From Elusimicrobiota bacterium (GTDB lineage: Bacteria > Elusimicrobiota > Elusimicrobia > UBA1565 > JACRDR01), in the NCBI GenBank assembly GCA_041694815.1, contig JBGFSC010000015.1, forward strand, positions 1-27,059: a stretch of 27,059 nt of DNA. Reading direction: 5' to 3'. A program made the translations under genes and the position numbers. Below are positions 16,590-24,628 of this stretch, one piece after another (positions within the stretch are counted from its first letter, which is position 1; every line of letters starts with the position of its first letter). The notes below the pieces were generated by a model. It did no database searches, had not been told where the DNA came from, and saw only the letters and a list, made by a program, of their open reading frames with translations.

Positions 16590-18067
16590 GCGCGGACGCT
16601 CAGCGTGCGGCCGACCGCGTCTTTCCATCGCCCATAAGCGCTCTCCCTGGCCGAGGACGGCAGGCGCGGCTCGAAAACCCTGTCGACCGCGCGGTGGGCG
16701 AGGAAGGCCCCGCGGTCCGGCCATACGCCGGCCTCGATCCCCGCCAAGGCCGCCGCGCCGAGCGCGGTGGTCTCGCGCACGACGTAGCGCTCCACGGGGA
16801 TTCCAAGAAGGTCGGCTTGGATCTGCATGAGCAGGTCGTTAGAGCAGGCGCCGCCGTCGACTTGAAGGCGCTTGAGAGCCCGGCCCGTTGTCCTTTCCAT
16901 CTCGCGTACGACGTCGACCGTCTGCAGGGCCATGGCCTCGAGCGTCGCCCGCGCCAGATGCGCCCGGGTGCTGCCGCGGGTGAGGCCGAAGAAGGCGCCC
17001 CTCGCGCCGGGGTCCCAGTAGGGCGCCCCGAGCCCGGTCAAGGCCGGGACGAAGGTCACGCCGCCGCTGTCGGCGACGCCTCCGGCCAGGGCTTCGATCT
17101 CAGGGGAGCTCTTGAAGAAGCCTAGGCCGTCGCGAAGCCATTGCACCGCCGCCCCGCCGACGAAGACGCTGCCCTCGAGGGCGTACTCCGTCGCGCCGCT
17201 TATGCGCCAGGCGATCGTGGTGAGGAGGCGCTCGGAGAGCACGGGGGCGGCGCCGGCGTTGGTCATGAGGAAAAGGCCGGTGCCGTAGGTGTTCTTGGCC
17301 ACCTCCGGTGTGAATCCTCCCTGGGCGAACAACGAGGCCTGCTGGTCTCCGGCGACGGCCAGGATCGGCAGGGAGGCGCCGAAGAGTTCGGGGGACAAGT
17401 CCCCGAAATGCCCCGTGGTTTCCTGGACCGAGGGAAGGATGGCCTCGGGAACGCCGAAGGTCCTGCAAAGCTCCGGGTCCCAGCTCCCGGAGAGGGAGTA
17501 GAGAAGCGTCCTGGAGGCGTTGGAGGCGTCGGTCGCGTGCCGCTTGCCTCCCGTGAGCTTCCAGATCAGCCAGCTGTCGACCGTGCCGAAGGCCGCCTCT
17601 CCCGTCGCCGCCGCCGCGGCCGCTCCGGGAACGTGCTCGAGCATCCAGCGGATCTTCGTCGCGGAGAAGTAGGGGTCGAGAAAGAGCCCGGTCCTTTCAT
17701 GAACGAGCGGCCCGGCCCCGCGGGACTTGTGGGACTCGCAAGCCTCGGCCGTCCTGCGGTCCTGCCATACGATGGCGTTGCAGAGGGGCTTGGAGCTGCG
17801 GCGGTCCCAAAGGATCGAGGTTTCCCGCTGGTTCGTGACGCCAAGGGCGGCGATGCGCTCGCTCCCGGCGGCCTTGAGGGCGTCTTGCAGGCACTCGCGG
17901 GCGCTGCTCCATATCTGCTCCGGGTCGTGCTCCACGAAGCCGGGCTGGGGGAATATCTGGGGGAATTCGCGGTAGCTCTGGGCGAGCACGCGCAGGCGCG
18001 CGTCGAACACGACGGCGCGGTTGCCGGTTGTGCCAAGATCGAGAGCGAGCACGCAGTCTTTAGGCAT
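16586..18067 (-). CDS. glpK: glycerol kinase
   Basis: DLGTTGNR, TNQRET, IVWQDRRT, DPYFSATK, TDASNASRT, GDQQASLF, KNTYGTG, YALEGS, GLGAPYW, VDGG. Confidence 0.97.
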   Translation of the reverse strand: MPKDCVLALDLGTTGNRAVVFDARLRVLAQSYREFPQIFPQPGFVEHDPEQIWSSARECLQDALKAAGSERIAALGVTNQRETSILWDRRSSKPLCNAIVWQDRRTAEACESHKSRGAGPLVHERTGLFLDPYFSATKIRWMLEHVPGAAAAAATGEAAFGTVDSWLIWKLTGGKRHATDASNASRTLLYSLSGSWDPELCRTFGVPEAILPSVQETTGHFGDLSPELFGASLPILAVAGDQQASLFAQGGFTPEVAKNTYGTGLFLMTNAGAAPVLSERLLTTIAWRISGATEYALEGSVFVGGAAVQWLRDGLGFFKSSPEIEALAGGVADSGGVTFVPALTGLGAPYWDPGARGAFFGLTRGSTRAHLARATLEAMALQTVDVVREMERTTGRALKRLQVDGGACSNDLLMQIQADLLGIPVERYVVRETTALGAAALAGIEAGVWPDRGAFLAHRAVDRVFEPRLPSSARESAYGRWKDAVGRTLSVRA

Positions 18068-18079
18068 TTTTCCGTCGAG

Positions 18080-18088
18080 ATTATATCA
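18080..18088 (-). promoter_or_regulatory. extended -10 promoter of glpK
   Basis: TGATATAAT on the minus strand, 12 nt before the ATG; no good -35. Confidence 0.6.
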
Positions 18089-18111
18089 AGTGCTGAGCTA
18101 GGAGGCGGCCT

Positions 18112-18167
18112 AAAAAGAAGAAAGCCACCTGCGGGATGCCGTTCATGATGAGGGGCGGTGGCTTTCT
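18112..18167 (-). terminator. intrinsic-terminator-like hairpin with large loop
   Basis: AGAAAGCCACC/GGTGGCTTTCT 11-bp stem (18119-18129, 18157-18167), 27-nt loop, followed by a T-rich tract on the minus strand. Confidence 0.65.
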
Positions 18168-18184
18168 AAAACGTCCGCGACTGC
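18112..18184 (-). ncRNA. candidate ~70-nt sRNA or attenuator leader
   Basis: Bounded by its own promoter (TTGCGC-17-TATACT) and the hairpin plus U tract; no convincing ORF. Confidence 0.4.
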
Positions 18185-18189
18185 CGGGC

Positions 18190-18218
18190 AGTATACACAA
18201 AGCGCTGACGGCGCGCAA
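18190..18218 (-). promoter_or_regulatory. sigma70 promoter in the uppP-glpK intergenic region
   Basis: TTGCGC (18218-18213), 17 bp spacer, TATACT (18195-18190). Confidence 0.7.
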
Positions 18219-18249
18219 GCAAAAAGTTTACATGAACGTCATGGATTCG

Positions 18250-19044
18250 TCACCGCCGGGCCCAGTCCATGGCGAGGATGAGCGCGCCGAGGGCCAGCCG
18301 GTACCAGACGAAGAGGGCCACTCCCCGGTTCTGCACGTACGCCAAAAGGAATCGGATTGCCGCCACCCCCGAGACGCCGGAGGCCAGGATGCCGACCCAG
18401 AAGGCCGCGTTGAGATCTCCCGGGCCCAGGTGGCGTAATTGGTGCAAGGCGGCGCCGGCGATGATGGGCGTCGACATCAAGAACGAGAAGCGCAGCGCGG
18501 TCTCGGCGTTGAGTCCCGCGAGGAAGCCGGCGGTGAGGGTGACGCCGGAGCGCGAGACCCCCGGGACGATCGCCAAGGCCTGGGCCAGTCCCACCCAGAG
18601 GGCCCTTCCCCAGCCGAGCTCGCGCAGCCCGCGTTTGAGCGAGCCGATCCGTCTCGATAGGCCCAGGAGCAGGCCGAAGGCGATGAGCATCAGGGCGGTC
18701 AGGGAGGGCTCGCGGAAGACGGTCTCGGCGTAATCCTCCAACGTCAGGCCTGCGACCGCCGCCGGGATCGTGGCCAAGACCAAAAGGCCGAGCAGTCGGC
18801 CGTGGGCGGAGCGGGGGTTGGCCATCGCTCCAAAAATGAGATCGATCCAGTCTCGGAAGAAATACAGCGTGACCGCGGCGAGCGTGCCCAAGTGCAGGGC
18901 CACGTCGAAGACCAGCCCCGGGTCCTTCCAGCCGCAAAACCAAGGCAATAGGGTCAGGTGGGCGGAGCTCGAGATGGGGAGGAACTCGGTGAGGCCCTGG
19001 ACCGTTCCTAGGATGACGGCCTGGCCTAGGGGAATGTCCGTCAT
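18250..19044 (-). CDS. uppP: undecaprenyl-diphosphate phosphatase (BacA family)
   Basis: LGTVQGLTEFLPISSSAHL, HLGTLAA, AQALAIVPGVSRSGVT, FSFLMSTP, FVWYRL. Confidence 0.97.
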   Translation of the reverse strand: MTDIPLGQAVILGTVQGLTEFLPISSSAHLTLLPWFCGWKDPGLVFDVALHLGTLAAVTLYFFRDWIDLIFGAMANPRSAHGRLLGLLVLATIPAAVAGLTLEDYAETVFREPSLTALMLIAFGLLLGLSRRIGSLKRGLRELGWGRALWVGLAQALAIVPGVSRSGVTLTAGFLAGLNAETALRFSFLMSTPIIAGAALHQLRHLGPGDLNAAFWVGILASGVSGVAAIRFLLAYVQNRGVALFVWYRLALGALILAMDWARR

Positions 19045-20234
19045 GGATTATTCAGCGCTAAAACGGCGTATGCGAAGGCGACAGACAGCCATAGCAACGA
19101 GACCGCCGTCTGGGCCCAGGAGAAAGTCCTTAACAATGTCCAGGCGGATGTAATGGGGCTCAACGCCAAGCCGAGGGTCGATTCCGGAACCATCCGGACC
19201 CGCTCGATCACGGTGACGGCGGAAAACCTTTCTTTTCGAAGGCCTTCGATCACCGCCAGGGCCAAACGGCTAGCGTCCATGCGGGCGTGCCCGGGAATCG
19301 TCATCGCGTTCCAGACGCAGGGGGAAGACGCCCAGCCGTGATTGTCCCCGGCGCCGACCAAGAATAGGTTTTTTCGACGGGCCAGCTCGATGACCTCCCT
19401 CGATTTGGACGGCGGGAATTCGAGGGCCTTCGGCGAGGCGTTGACCAGCTCGAGTCCGGCCGCGCCGGCGTCCGCGAGCTCCGGGACTGAGTCCCATCGA
19501 TGGCGCCAGTATTCCGGCAGGCTCAACACGGCCAAGGCGCGGTGCTTCGGCCATGCCTCGGCCAGGAATCGGCGCAGGCCCTGCTCTCCGCCGTAGGCTG
19601 CGGGGTCGATGCGCTCTCGCGCCCCGAGCGCGACGACATGGGCCTTGTCCAGGCTCAACTCTTCGCCGGCCAACAACCGGCAGAGCGGCGTCCCCGCGGC
19701 CGTGGCCGGAGCCGCGTTGTGGTCGGTGATGAAGCTCGCCCCGAAGCCGAATCGCTCATGCCAGCGCGCGTTGGCCTCGGCCGAAAACGACTTGCGCCCG
19801 TCCCAGGAGGCATTGGTATGGGAATGAAAGTCGAGGAGCAGCGCATTAGGATCCTTGGCGACGAGACGGGCGGCGGGACGAGGGCCGAGCACGGCCCAGC
19901 CTAAATACAGAAAAACCAGGAGTAGGTAGCCGGCGTATTGCTTGAGCGCGCGAGCGGTGGGAATTTTCAGCCCGAACGCGAGGCGATAAATCCAGAACCC
20001 AGCGAGAAGGTAGGCGAACAGGACGATATCTTGCCGGACGCCGTTGCAAAGGATCGAGTCGGCGAATGATGAGAAGGGAGTCGTAGCCAGGTGCCAGAAG
20101 GACGGTTCTAACTCGAAGCCGGCCGGAGCTTGGCCGGTGAGCGCGTCGCGCAACGGCGCCAGCGGGAAGGCCTTGGCGAGCAAAAAGACGCCGCAAAGAG
20201 CGAGCCAGGGGAGAAGGCGCCGTTTAGACGGCAA
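19041..20234 (-). CDS. membrane protein with PHP-family phosphoesterase domain
   Basis: Three N-terminal hydrophobic segments and one C-terminal; DFHSHT..SWDG, FITDHN, GEE, HVVALG, GLELVN, GDNHG. Confidence 0.85.
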   Translation of the reverse strand: MPSKRRLLPWLALCGVFLLAKAFPLAPLRDALTGQAPAGFELEPSFWHLATTPFSSFADSILCNGVRQDIVLFAYLLAGFWIYRLAFGLKIPTARALKQYAGYLLLVFLYLGWAVLGPRPAARLVAKDPNALLLDFHSHTNASWDGRKSFSAEANARWHERFGFGASFITDHNAAPATAAGTPLCRLLAGEELSLDKAHVVALGARERIDPAAYGGEQGLRRFLAEAWPKHRALAVLSLPEYWRHRWDSVPELADAGAAGLELVNASPKALEFPPSKSREVIELARRKNLFLVGAGDNHGWASSPCVWNAMTIPGHARMDASRLALAVIEGLRKERFSAVTVIERVRMVPESTLGLALSPITSAWTLLRTFSWAQTAVSLLWLSVAFAYAVLALNNP

Positions 20235-21114
20235 GCGAAGCGAGTCTTTCCTCGAACTTCTGCTTGATGCTGGGGCCCTCGCCCTTGAGGAGGAAGTACT
20301 TGCTGGCCTTCGTCGAGAGGACGACGAGGCAGTTGGCCGGTACGTTGGCGCGGCGGTAGGCCTCGAGCTTGTGATGCCCGTCGAGCACGAAGCCCGCGAA
20401 GAAGGAGTGCAGGTTCTTGACCTGTCCCGAGGCGACGCTTTCCGGGACGGCGCGCTGGAGCATGCCGAGCATCAGCACGCGCGGCCTGTCGCCGTTGGCG
20501 ATCATCTGCTGGTATAGCTTGACGTATTCGTCGCGCAGCGCGCGCTTGGGCACCAAGGGGATGACGAAATCGTATTGCTTCTCGAGCAGGTCGGCGTGCC
20601 GCCATAGCCTGGGCTTGGAGCCCTCGTAATGCTCCCAGCCGGAGAGCAGGTCCTCCTGCGCGGGGTCCTCGATGCCCCAAATTTCCATGAATTCGTTGTT
20701 ATAGAAATAGGAGTTCTCATCGTCGAAGGCGAAAGGCCCCGACAAGGGGACGTTCGCCTGGAAGAGATAGTACTCGCCCTTGTCGAGCATCTCGAGTATA
20801 GGTGCCAGCTCCTCGATGAGCCTCTCGTCGAGGGGCCGCGGGATGGAAATGGTCTTGGGGAGGTTGGCCACCTTCTTGGAGCCAAGGGCCTGGGGTTCGG
20901 AAAGGCACTTGAACCAGAAATGGCAGGTGTCGCAATCGTTACCGATTTCGAACTTGCGCGACCCCCCCAGCTCGAAGAATAGGGTGTTCGCCTCGCCGTG
21001 CTTCTTGCCGACGCCGATTCTGAAAAACCCTTTGGAATTGGAGAGTTTTATCTTCCAAAGCTTCTCCTGGACCGAGGTCGCGTCCAGTCGAGGCGCCGAA
21101 GTCTCGGATTTCAT
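20224..21114 (-). CDS. hypothetical protein with CxxC and ParB/Srx-like VLDGHHK motif
   Basis: Strong coding bias, SD AGGAG, CDTC (20923-20934), GFVLDGHHKLEAY (DGHHK at 20368-20382). Confidence 0.8.
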   Translation of the reverse strand: MKSETSAPRLDATSVQEKLWKIKLSNSKGFFRIGVGKKHGEANTLFFELGGSRKFEIGNDCDTCHFWFKCLSEPQALGSKKVANLPKTISIPRPLDERLIEELAPILEMLDKGEYYLFQANVPLSGPFAFDDENSYFYNNEFMEIWGIEDPAQEDLLSGWEHYEGSKPRLWRHADLLEKQYDFVIPLVPKRALRDEYVKLYQQMIANGDRPRVLMLGMLQRAVPESVASGQVKNLHSFFAGFVLDGHHKLEAYRRANVPANCLVVLSTKASKYFLLKGEGPSIKQKFEERLASLAV

Positions 21115-21228
21115 ATCGGCTCGGTGCTCCTATTGTAGACTATAAACCCAGTTCCCGCAAGGCCGTATTTAAAACATGTAACATTTTGGATATGGAATTT
21201 TTGTCGAGTCCGGTTATACTTTCCCGCA

Positions 21229-23532
21229 ATGGACCCGCGAGACGACGAATCCGTTGACGGCGTGAACGATTTGGATGCCGCCCGCCTGGCCCTGCGCGGG
21301 GCCTTGTCGACCATCCGGGATCTGCAGGACGCCAACGCCCGGCTAAAAGGCCATCTTCAGGAGGCCGAAAGCAAAAGGAAACTGCATGACCATGAGCTAG
21401 GCGAGCTCCGCCGCCAGCTTGAGCATTGGCAGGCCGAGGGAAAGCGCTGGGAGGAGGCGAAGAAGGAGGAGGCCGAACGCTTAAAGCGCCTGGAGGATCG
21501 CTGCCGGTTGGAGGTGCGCGAACAGGAGCGACGCCAGATCTCCCAGCAGCAGGGGGAGATGGAGGAGAGCCTCCTGCGCTTGACAGCGGACGTGGAGCAG
21601 TTGCGCCGCGCCAACCAGGAGAAGGAGCGGCAGTGGCTCGAGGTCAAACGGCTTTTGGAGGTCCGCGACGCCGAATTGATGGAGGCGCAGCGCGAGAAGG
21701 TGGAGCTGCTCAACCGCTTCCGTCAGGACGCCGAGATGGTCGCGAGATTGCGCGGCCAGCGCGACGAGGAGATCGGGGCCATGCTCCGCGCGCGCGACGG
21801 CGAGCTGCAGGAGAAGGAGCGCCAGCGGCAGGAGGCGCTGCGCAAGAGCGAGGAGCTCGAGAAGCTCGTGGCCGCCGGAGCCAAGGAACTCGAGCTTAAG
21901 CTGCAGGAGCGCGAGGAGGCCCTGCTCAAGCAGTACCGGGAGAAAGAGCGGGCCCTGCAGGAGCGCTATAGCCAGCGGGAATCGGACCTCCAGGCCTCCT
22001 GGGCGGAGCTCGAGAACGGATTGTGGCAAAGAACCAAGGAGGCCCGGGAGAAGCTTGACCGGGCCGTGCAAGCCCAGTTTGACGAGCGCGCGCGGGCCTT
22101 GGCCGACCGCTCGCGCGAGATCGAGGAAATCCTCGAGCGGCGGCGCAACGATCTCGAGGACGAGTTCCTCAAGCGGGTGGCGGAGACGGAGAAGAAGTTC
22201 GCCGAACAGGAACGCCTGCTCCTCGACGGCTACCACCGCCGCGAGGCGGAGCTGCTCAAAAAATACGAGTTCGAACTCGGTAGGGAGAAGGAGGCCCTGC
22301 GGGAGAAGGCCGCGGACCTCGCGAGAGTCCAGGCCGAGGAGCATCGGCAGCGCTTGGCCGAGCTCGACCGCCGCACGGCCACTCTCGAGCAGGAGGAAAA
22401 GCGCATCGCGGATGAGGCGGCCGCCGAGGCCGCCCGGAGGCAGGCGCAAGACCGCATCGCCTTAAGCGAACGCGAGCGCGCCTTGGACGAGGCCTTCCGG
22501 CAGCGCGAGGTGGAGCTGCACGAGTCGTTCCTTAGGAAAGAGAACGCCTTGCGCGAGGAGTGGACCCGGCGCAAGGCCGAGCTTCTCGAGGAGCAGGAGA
22601 AGGCCGTCGAATCGGCGCGCCGCGTGCTCCAGACGGAGTTCGAGCAGAAGGGGAAGGCCCTCGAGGAGGCCTACAGGGCCCGCGTGGCCGAGCTCGAGCG
22701 CTCCCACCGCACGCTGGATGAGCAGTTTAAGACGTGGAAGGACTCGGTGCTCGAGGAGTTCCTCCTGAAGGAGAAGAATCTCGACCGGCAATGGATGGTG
22801 CGCGAGCAGGAGCTTATCCGTAAATACGAGGCCGCGATCGAGACCGAGCGCCGGGCGGGCCTGCTGGAGGTCCAGAAGACGAAGGAACAGCTCGAGTCGA
22901 TCCGCCGGCGGGGGGAGGAGGACCTCCAGCGGCGCGCGGAGGCGATGCAGGCCGACTACGAGCGGCTCGAGAAAGAGCTTCGCGAGGCCCTCGCGCGCCG
23001 CGAGGAGGAGACGCGCCAGAAAAGCGCGCAAATGCTCGAGGATGCGCGGCAGCGCCAAGAGGCCCTGCTCGCCCGCCAGGCGAAGCATCTGGAAGGGGAG
23101 ATGGAGCGCAAGGAGGAGCAGCACCGGCTCGCCGTCGAGGAGCTTAAGCGTCGGCACCAGAGCGATCGCATCGAATGGGAGAAGCGGCTCGACGAGCAGC
23201 GCCTGGCGACGCACGCCCTGCAGGAAAAAATGGCCGCGCTCCAGGCCGAGCACCAATCCCTGTGGGAAGATCTATGGGCGAACGAACGCAAGGCCGACGC
23301 CGAGCGCGTCGCCTTGGAGAAGAATTTTAAGGAACGCGAGGCCCAGCGTGACCGTCGCTATCAGCAGATGGAAAAGGAGCTCCATGCCCTCTGGGCGGAG
23401 AAGGAGCAGGAATACCTGCAGGCCCACCGGCACGCGCTTCGCGAGGCCGAGGCCGCCTTCAAGCGCAGGGAACAGGCCCTGCAGCGGGAACTCGAGGACG
23501 CCAAGAAGGCGCTGCGCGAGCCGCGCGCCTGA
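21229..23532 (+). CDS. 767-aa E/R/K/L/Q-rich coiled-coil protein
   Basis: Almost no Pro or Gly, continuous heptad-like pattern, no TM segment; TATACT (21215-21220) lies 8 nt upstream. Confidence 0.9.
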   Translation: MDPRDDESVDGVNDLDAARLALRGALSTIRDLQDANARLKGHLQEAESKRKLHDHELGELRRQLEHWQAEGKRWEEAKKEEAERLKRLEDRCRLEVREQERRQISQQQGEMEESLLRLTADVEQLRRANQEKERQWLEVKRLLEVRDAELMEAQREKVELLNRFRQDAEMVARLRGQRDEEIGAMLRARDGELQEKERQRQEALRKSEELEKLVAAGAKELELKLQEREEALLKQYREKERALQERYSQRESDLQASWAELENGLWQRTKEAREKLDRAVQAQFDERARALADRSREIEEILERRRNDLEDEFLKRVAETEKKFAEQERLLLDGYHRREAELLKKYEFELGREKEALREKAADLARVQAEEHRQRLAELDRRTATLEQEEKRIADEAAAEAARRQAQDRIALSERERALDEAFRQREVELHESFLRKENALREEWTRRKAELLEEQEKAVESARRVLQTEFEQKGKALEEAYRARVAELERSHRTLDEQFKTWKDSVLEEFLLKEKNLDRQWMVREQELIRKYEAAIETERRAGLLEVQKTKEQLESIRRRGEEDLQRRAEAMQADYERLEKELREALARREEETRQKSAQMLEDARQRQEALLARQAKHLEGEMERKEEQHRLAVEELKRRHQSDRIEWEKRLDEQRLATHALQEKMAALQAEHQSLWEDLWANERKADAERVALEKNFKEREAQRDRRYQQMEKELHALWAEKEQEYLQAHRHALREAEAAFKRREQALQRELEDAKKALREPRA

Positions 23533-23587
23533 TCTGAGCCGGATTTGAGACGTATTTGAGCTTTCCTTGAGCCCCGGGGTTTAAAAT
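23531..23587 (+). promoter_or_regulatory. four phased 11-bp direct repeats plus -10 element upstream of the ytxH-like gene
   Basis: GATCTGAGCCG / GATTTGAGACG / TATTTGAGCTT / TCCTTGAGCCC (TGAG at 23535, 23546, 23557, 23568); TAAAAT at 23582-23587. Confidence 0.6.
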
Positions 23588-23619
23588 CCATTCAAAGCCG
23601 CATTCATACGGGAGGGATT

Positions 23620-23898
23620 ATGGCCATGATAGAGCGCGAGGAGGAGTACGGTCTTTTTTCGGGCTTCAGGTATTTCCTATGGGGCGCGGCCGCCGGGATC
23701 GTCACGGGGCTGCTCGTAGCGCCAAAATCGGGGTTAGAAACCCGGGAGGACTTAAGCGATTGGTTCCAAGACAAGAAAGAGAGGACCAACCGCATCGTTT
23801 CCCGGCTGCGTGAAAAGCTGCCCGCCGCCGCGGAGAGGGCCCAGGAGGCCGGCAAGGAGATCTATTCGGGCGGCCAGGAGAACGACCGCCGCCTTTAG
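23620..23898 (+). CDS. YtxH-domain protein
   Basis: FLWGAAAGIVTGLLVAPKSGLETREDL signature; SD GGGAGG. Confidence 0.92.
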   Translation: MAMIEREEEYGLFSGFRYFLWGAAAGIVTGLLVAPKSGLETREDLSDWFQDKKERTNRIVSRLREKLPAAAERAQEAGKEIYSGGQENDRRL

Positions 23899-23933
23899 GC
23901 CGGCACACCGATAGCCTTTGCTCCCGCCGGCAG

Positions 23934-23952
23934 AGCGGGGCTCCGCCCCGCT
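23934..23952. terminator. GC hairpin between convergent genes
   Basis: AGCGGGG-CTCCG-CCCCGCT; no clear U tract. Confidence 0.3.
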
Positions 23953-24628
23953 AGGCGACGAACTCGTAGCCGGACGGCCGGGTCTTGAGCAGTTCCCCGT
24001 GGCTCCCTAAGGCCTTGCGCAGCCGCTCGACGGCCTTCTCCAGGGCGTTCGGGCTTGGGCTTTCCTGAGGCCATAATTCGCGAAGGAGCTTGGCGCGCGC
24101 CACCTCCCCTTTGGACTCCATCAGCAGCCGGAGCAAGGCGAGCAGGCGATGCGGGAGCGTGGCCACTATCTGCCCGCCGGTCCAGAGGTTGCGGTACTTG
24201 AGGTCCAGGCGAAAAGCTCCCTTGCGGATCTCATGCGAGGACTCGGCAAAACGTTGGGGCGCGGCCAGGAGCGATTCGACGCGGCGCAGGAGGCTGGCCA
24301 TCTCGAAGGGCTTGCGGATGTACTCGATGGCGCCCAGGGCGACCAAGGATTTGGCGAGCATGTCGGCCTCATCGCTGTAGGCGCTGATGACGATGACCGG
24401 GATCTCCCGGGTCTCCTTGGCGGCCTTCATCCTTTTGATGACCTCGACGCCGTTCATGTGAGGCAGCATCAGATCGAGTAGGACTAGGTCTGGGCTCAGG
24501 GAGAGCACCTTCTCGAATCCTTCCTGGCCGTTGAAGGCGTAATGGACGTCGTAGCCCTTGGCCCCAAGCGCGGCCCCCATGAGCTGCTGCAGATCCGGAG
24601 AGTCCTCGACGCTCAAGATGCGGGCCAT
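23951..24628 (-). CDS. OmpR/PhoB-family response regulator
   Basis: ILSVEDS, PDLVLLDLMLP, YIRKPF receiver; winged-helix LLRELW...NALEKAVERLRKAL...LKTRPSGYEF. Confidence 0.92.
   Translation of the reverse strand: MARILSVEDSPDLQQLMGAALGAKGYDVHYAFNGQEGFEKVLSLSPDLVLLDLMLPHMNGVEVIKRMKAAKETREIPVIVISAYSDEADMLAKSLVALGAIEYIRKPFEMASLLRRVESLLAAPQRFAESSHEIRKGAFRLDLKYRNLWTGGQIVATLPHRLLALLRLLMESKGEVARAKLLRELWPQESPSPNALEKAVERLRKALGSHGELLKTRPSGYEFVA

Noticed and set aside
12146..16724. ORF-track N-terminal extensions (carbamoyltransferase from 12232, SxtJ-like from 12489, typA from 16724)
   Set aside because: They overlap real upstream genes; family N-termini and stop/start coupling indicate 12145, 12369 and 16589.
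21169..21188. AAAACATGTAACATTTT dyad in the divergent promoter region
   Set aside because: Short and AT-rich, with no second copy found; could be an operator but cannot be supported.
23531..23574. CRISPR array or iterons
   Set aside because: Only four degenerate 11-bp units without spacers; no cas or rep genes. I saw no CRISPR array anywhere in the window.
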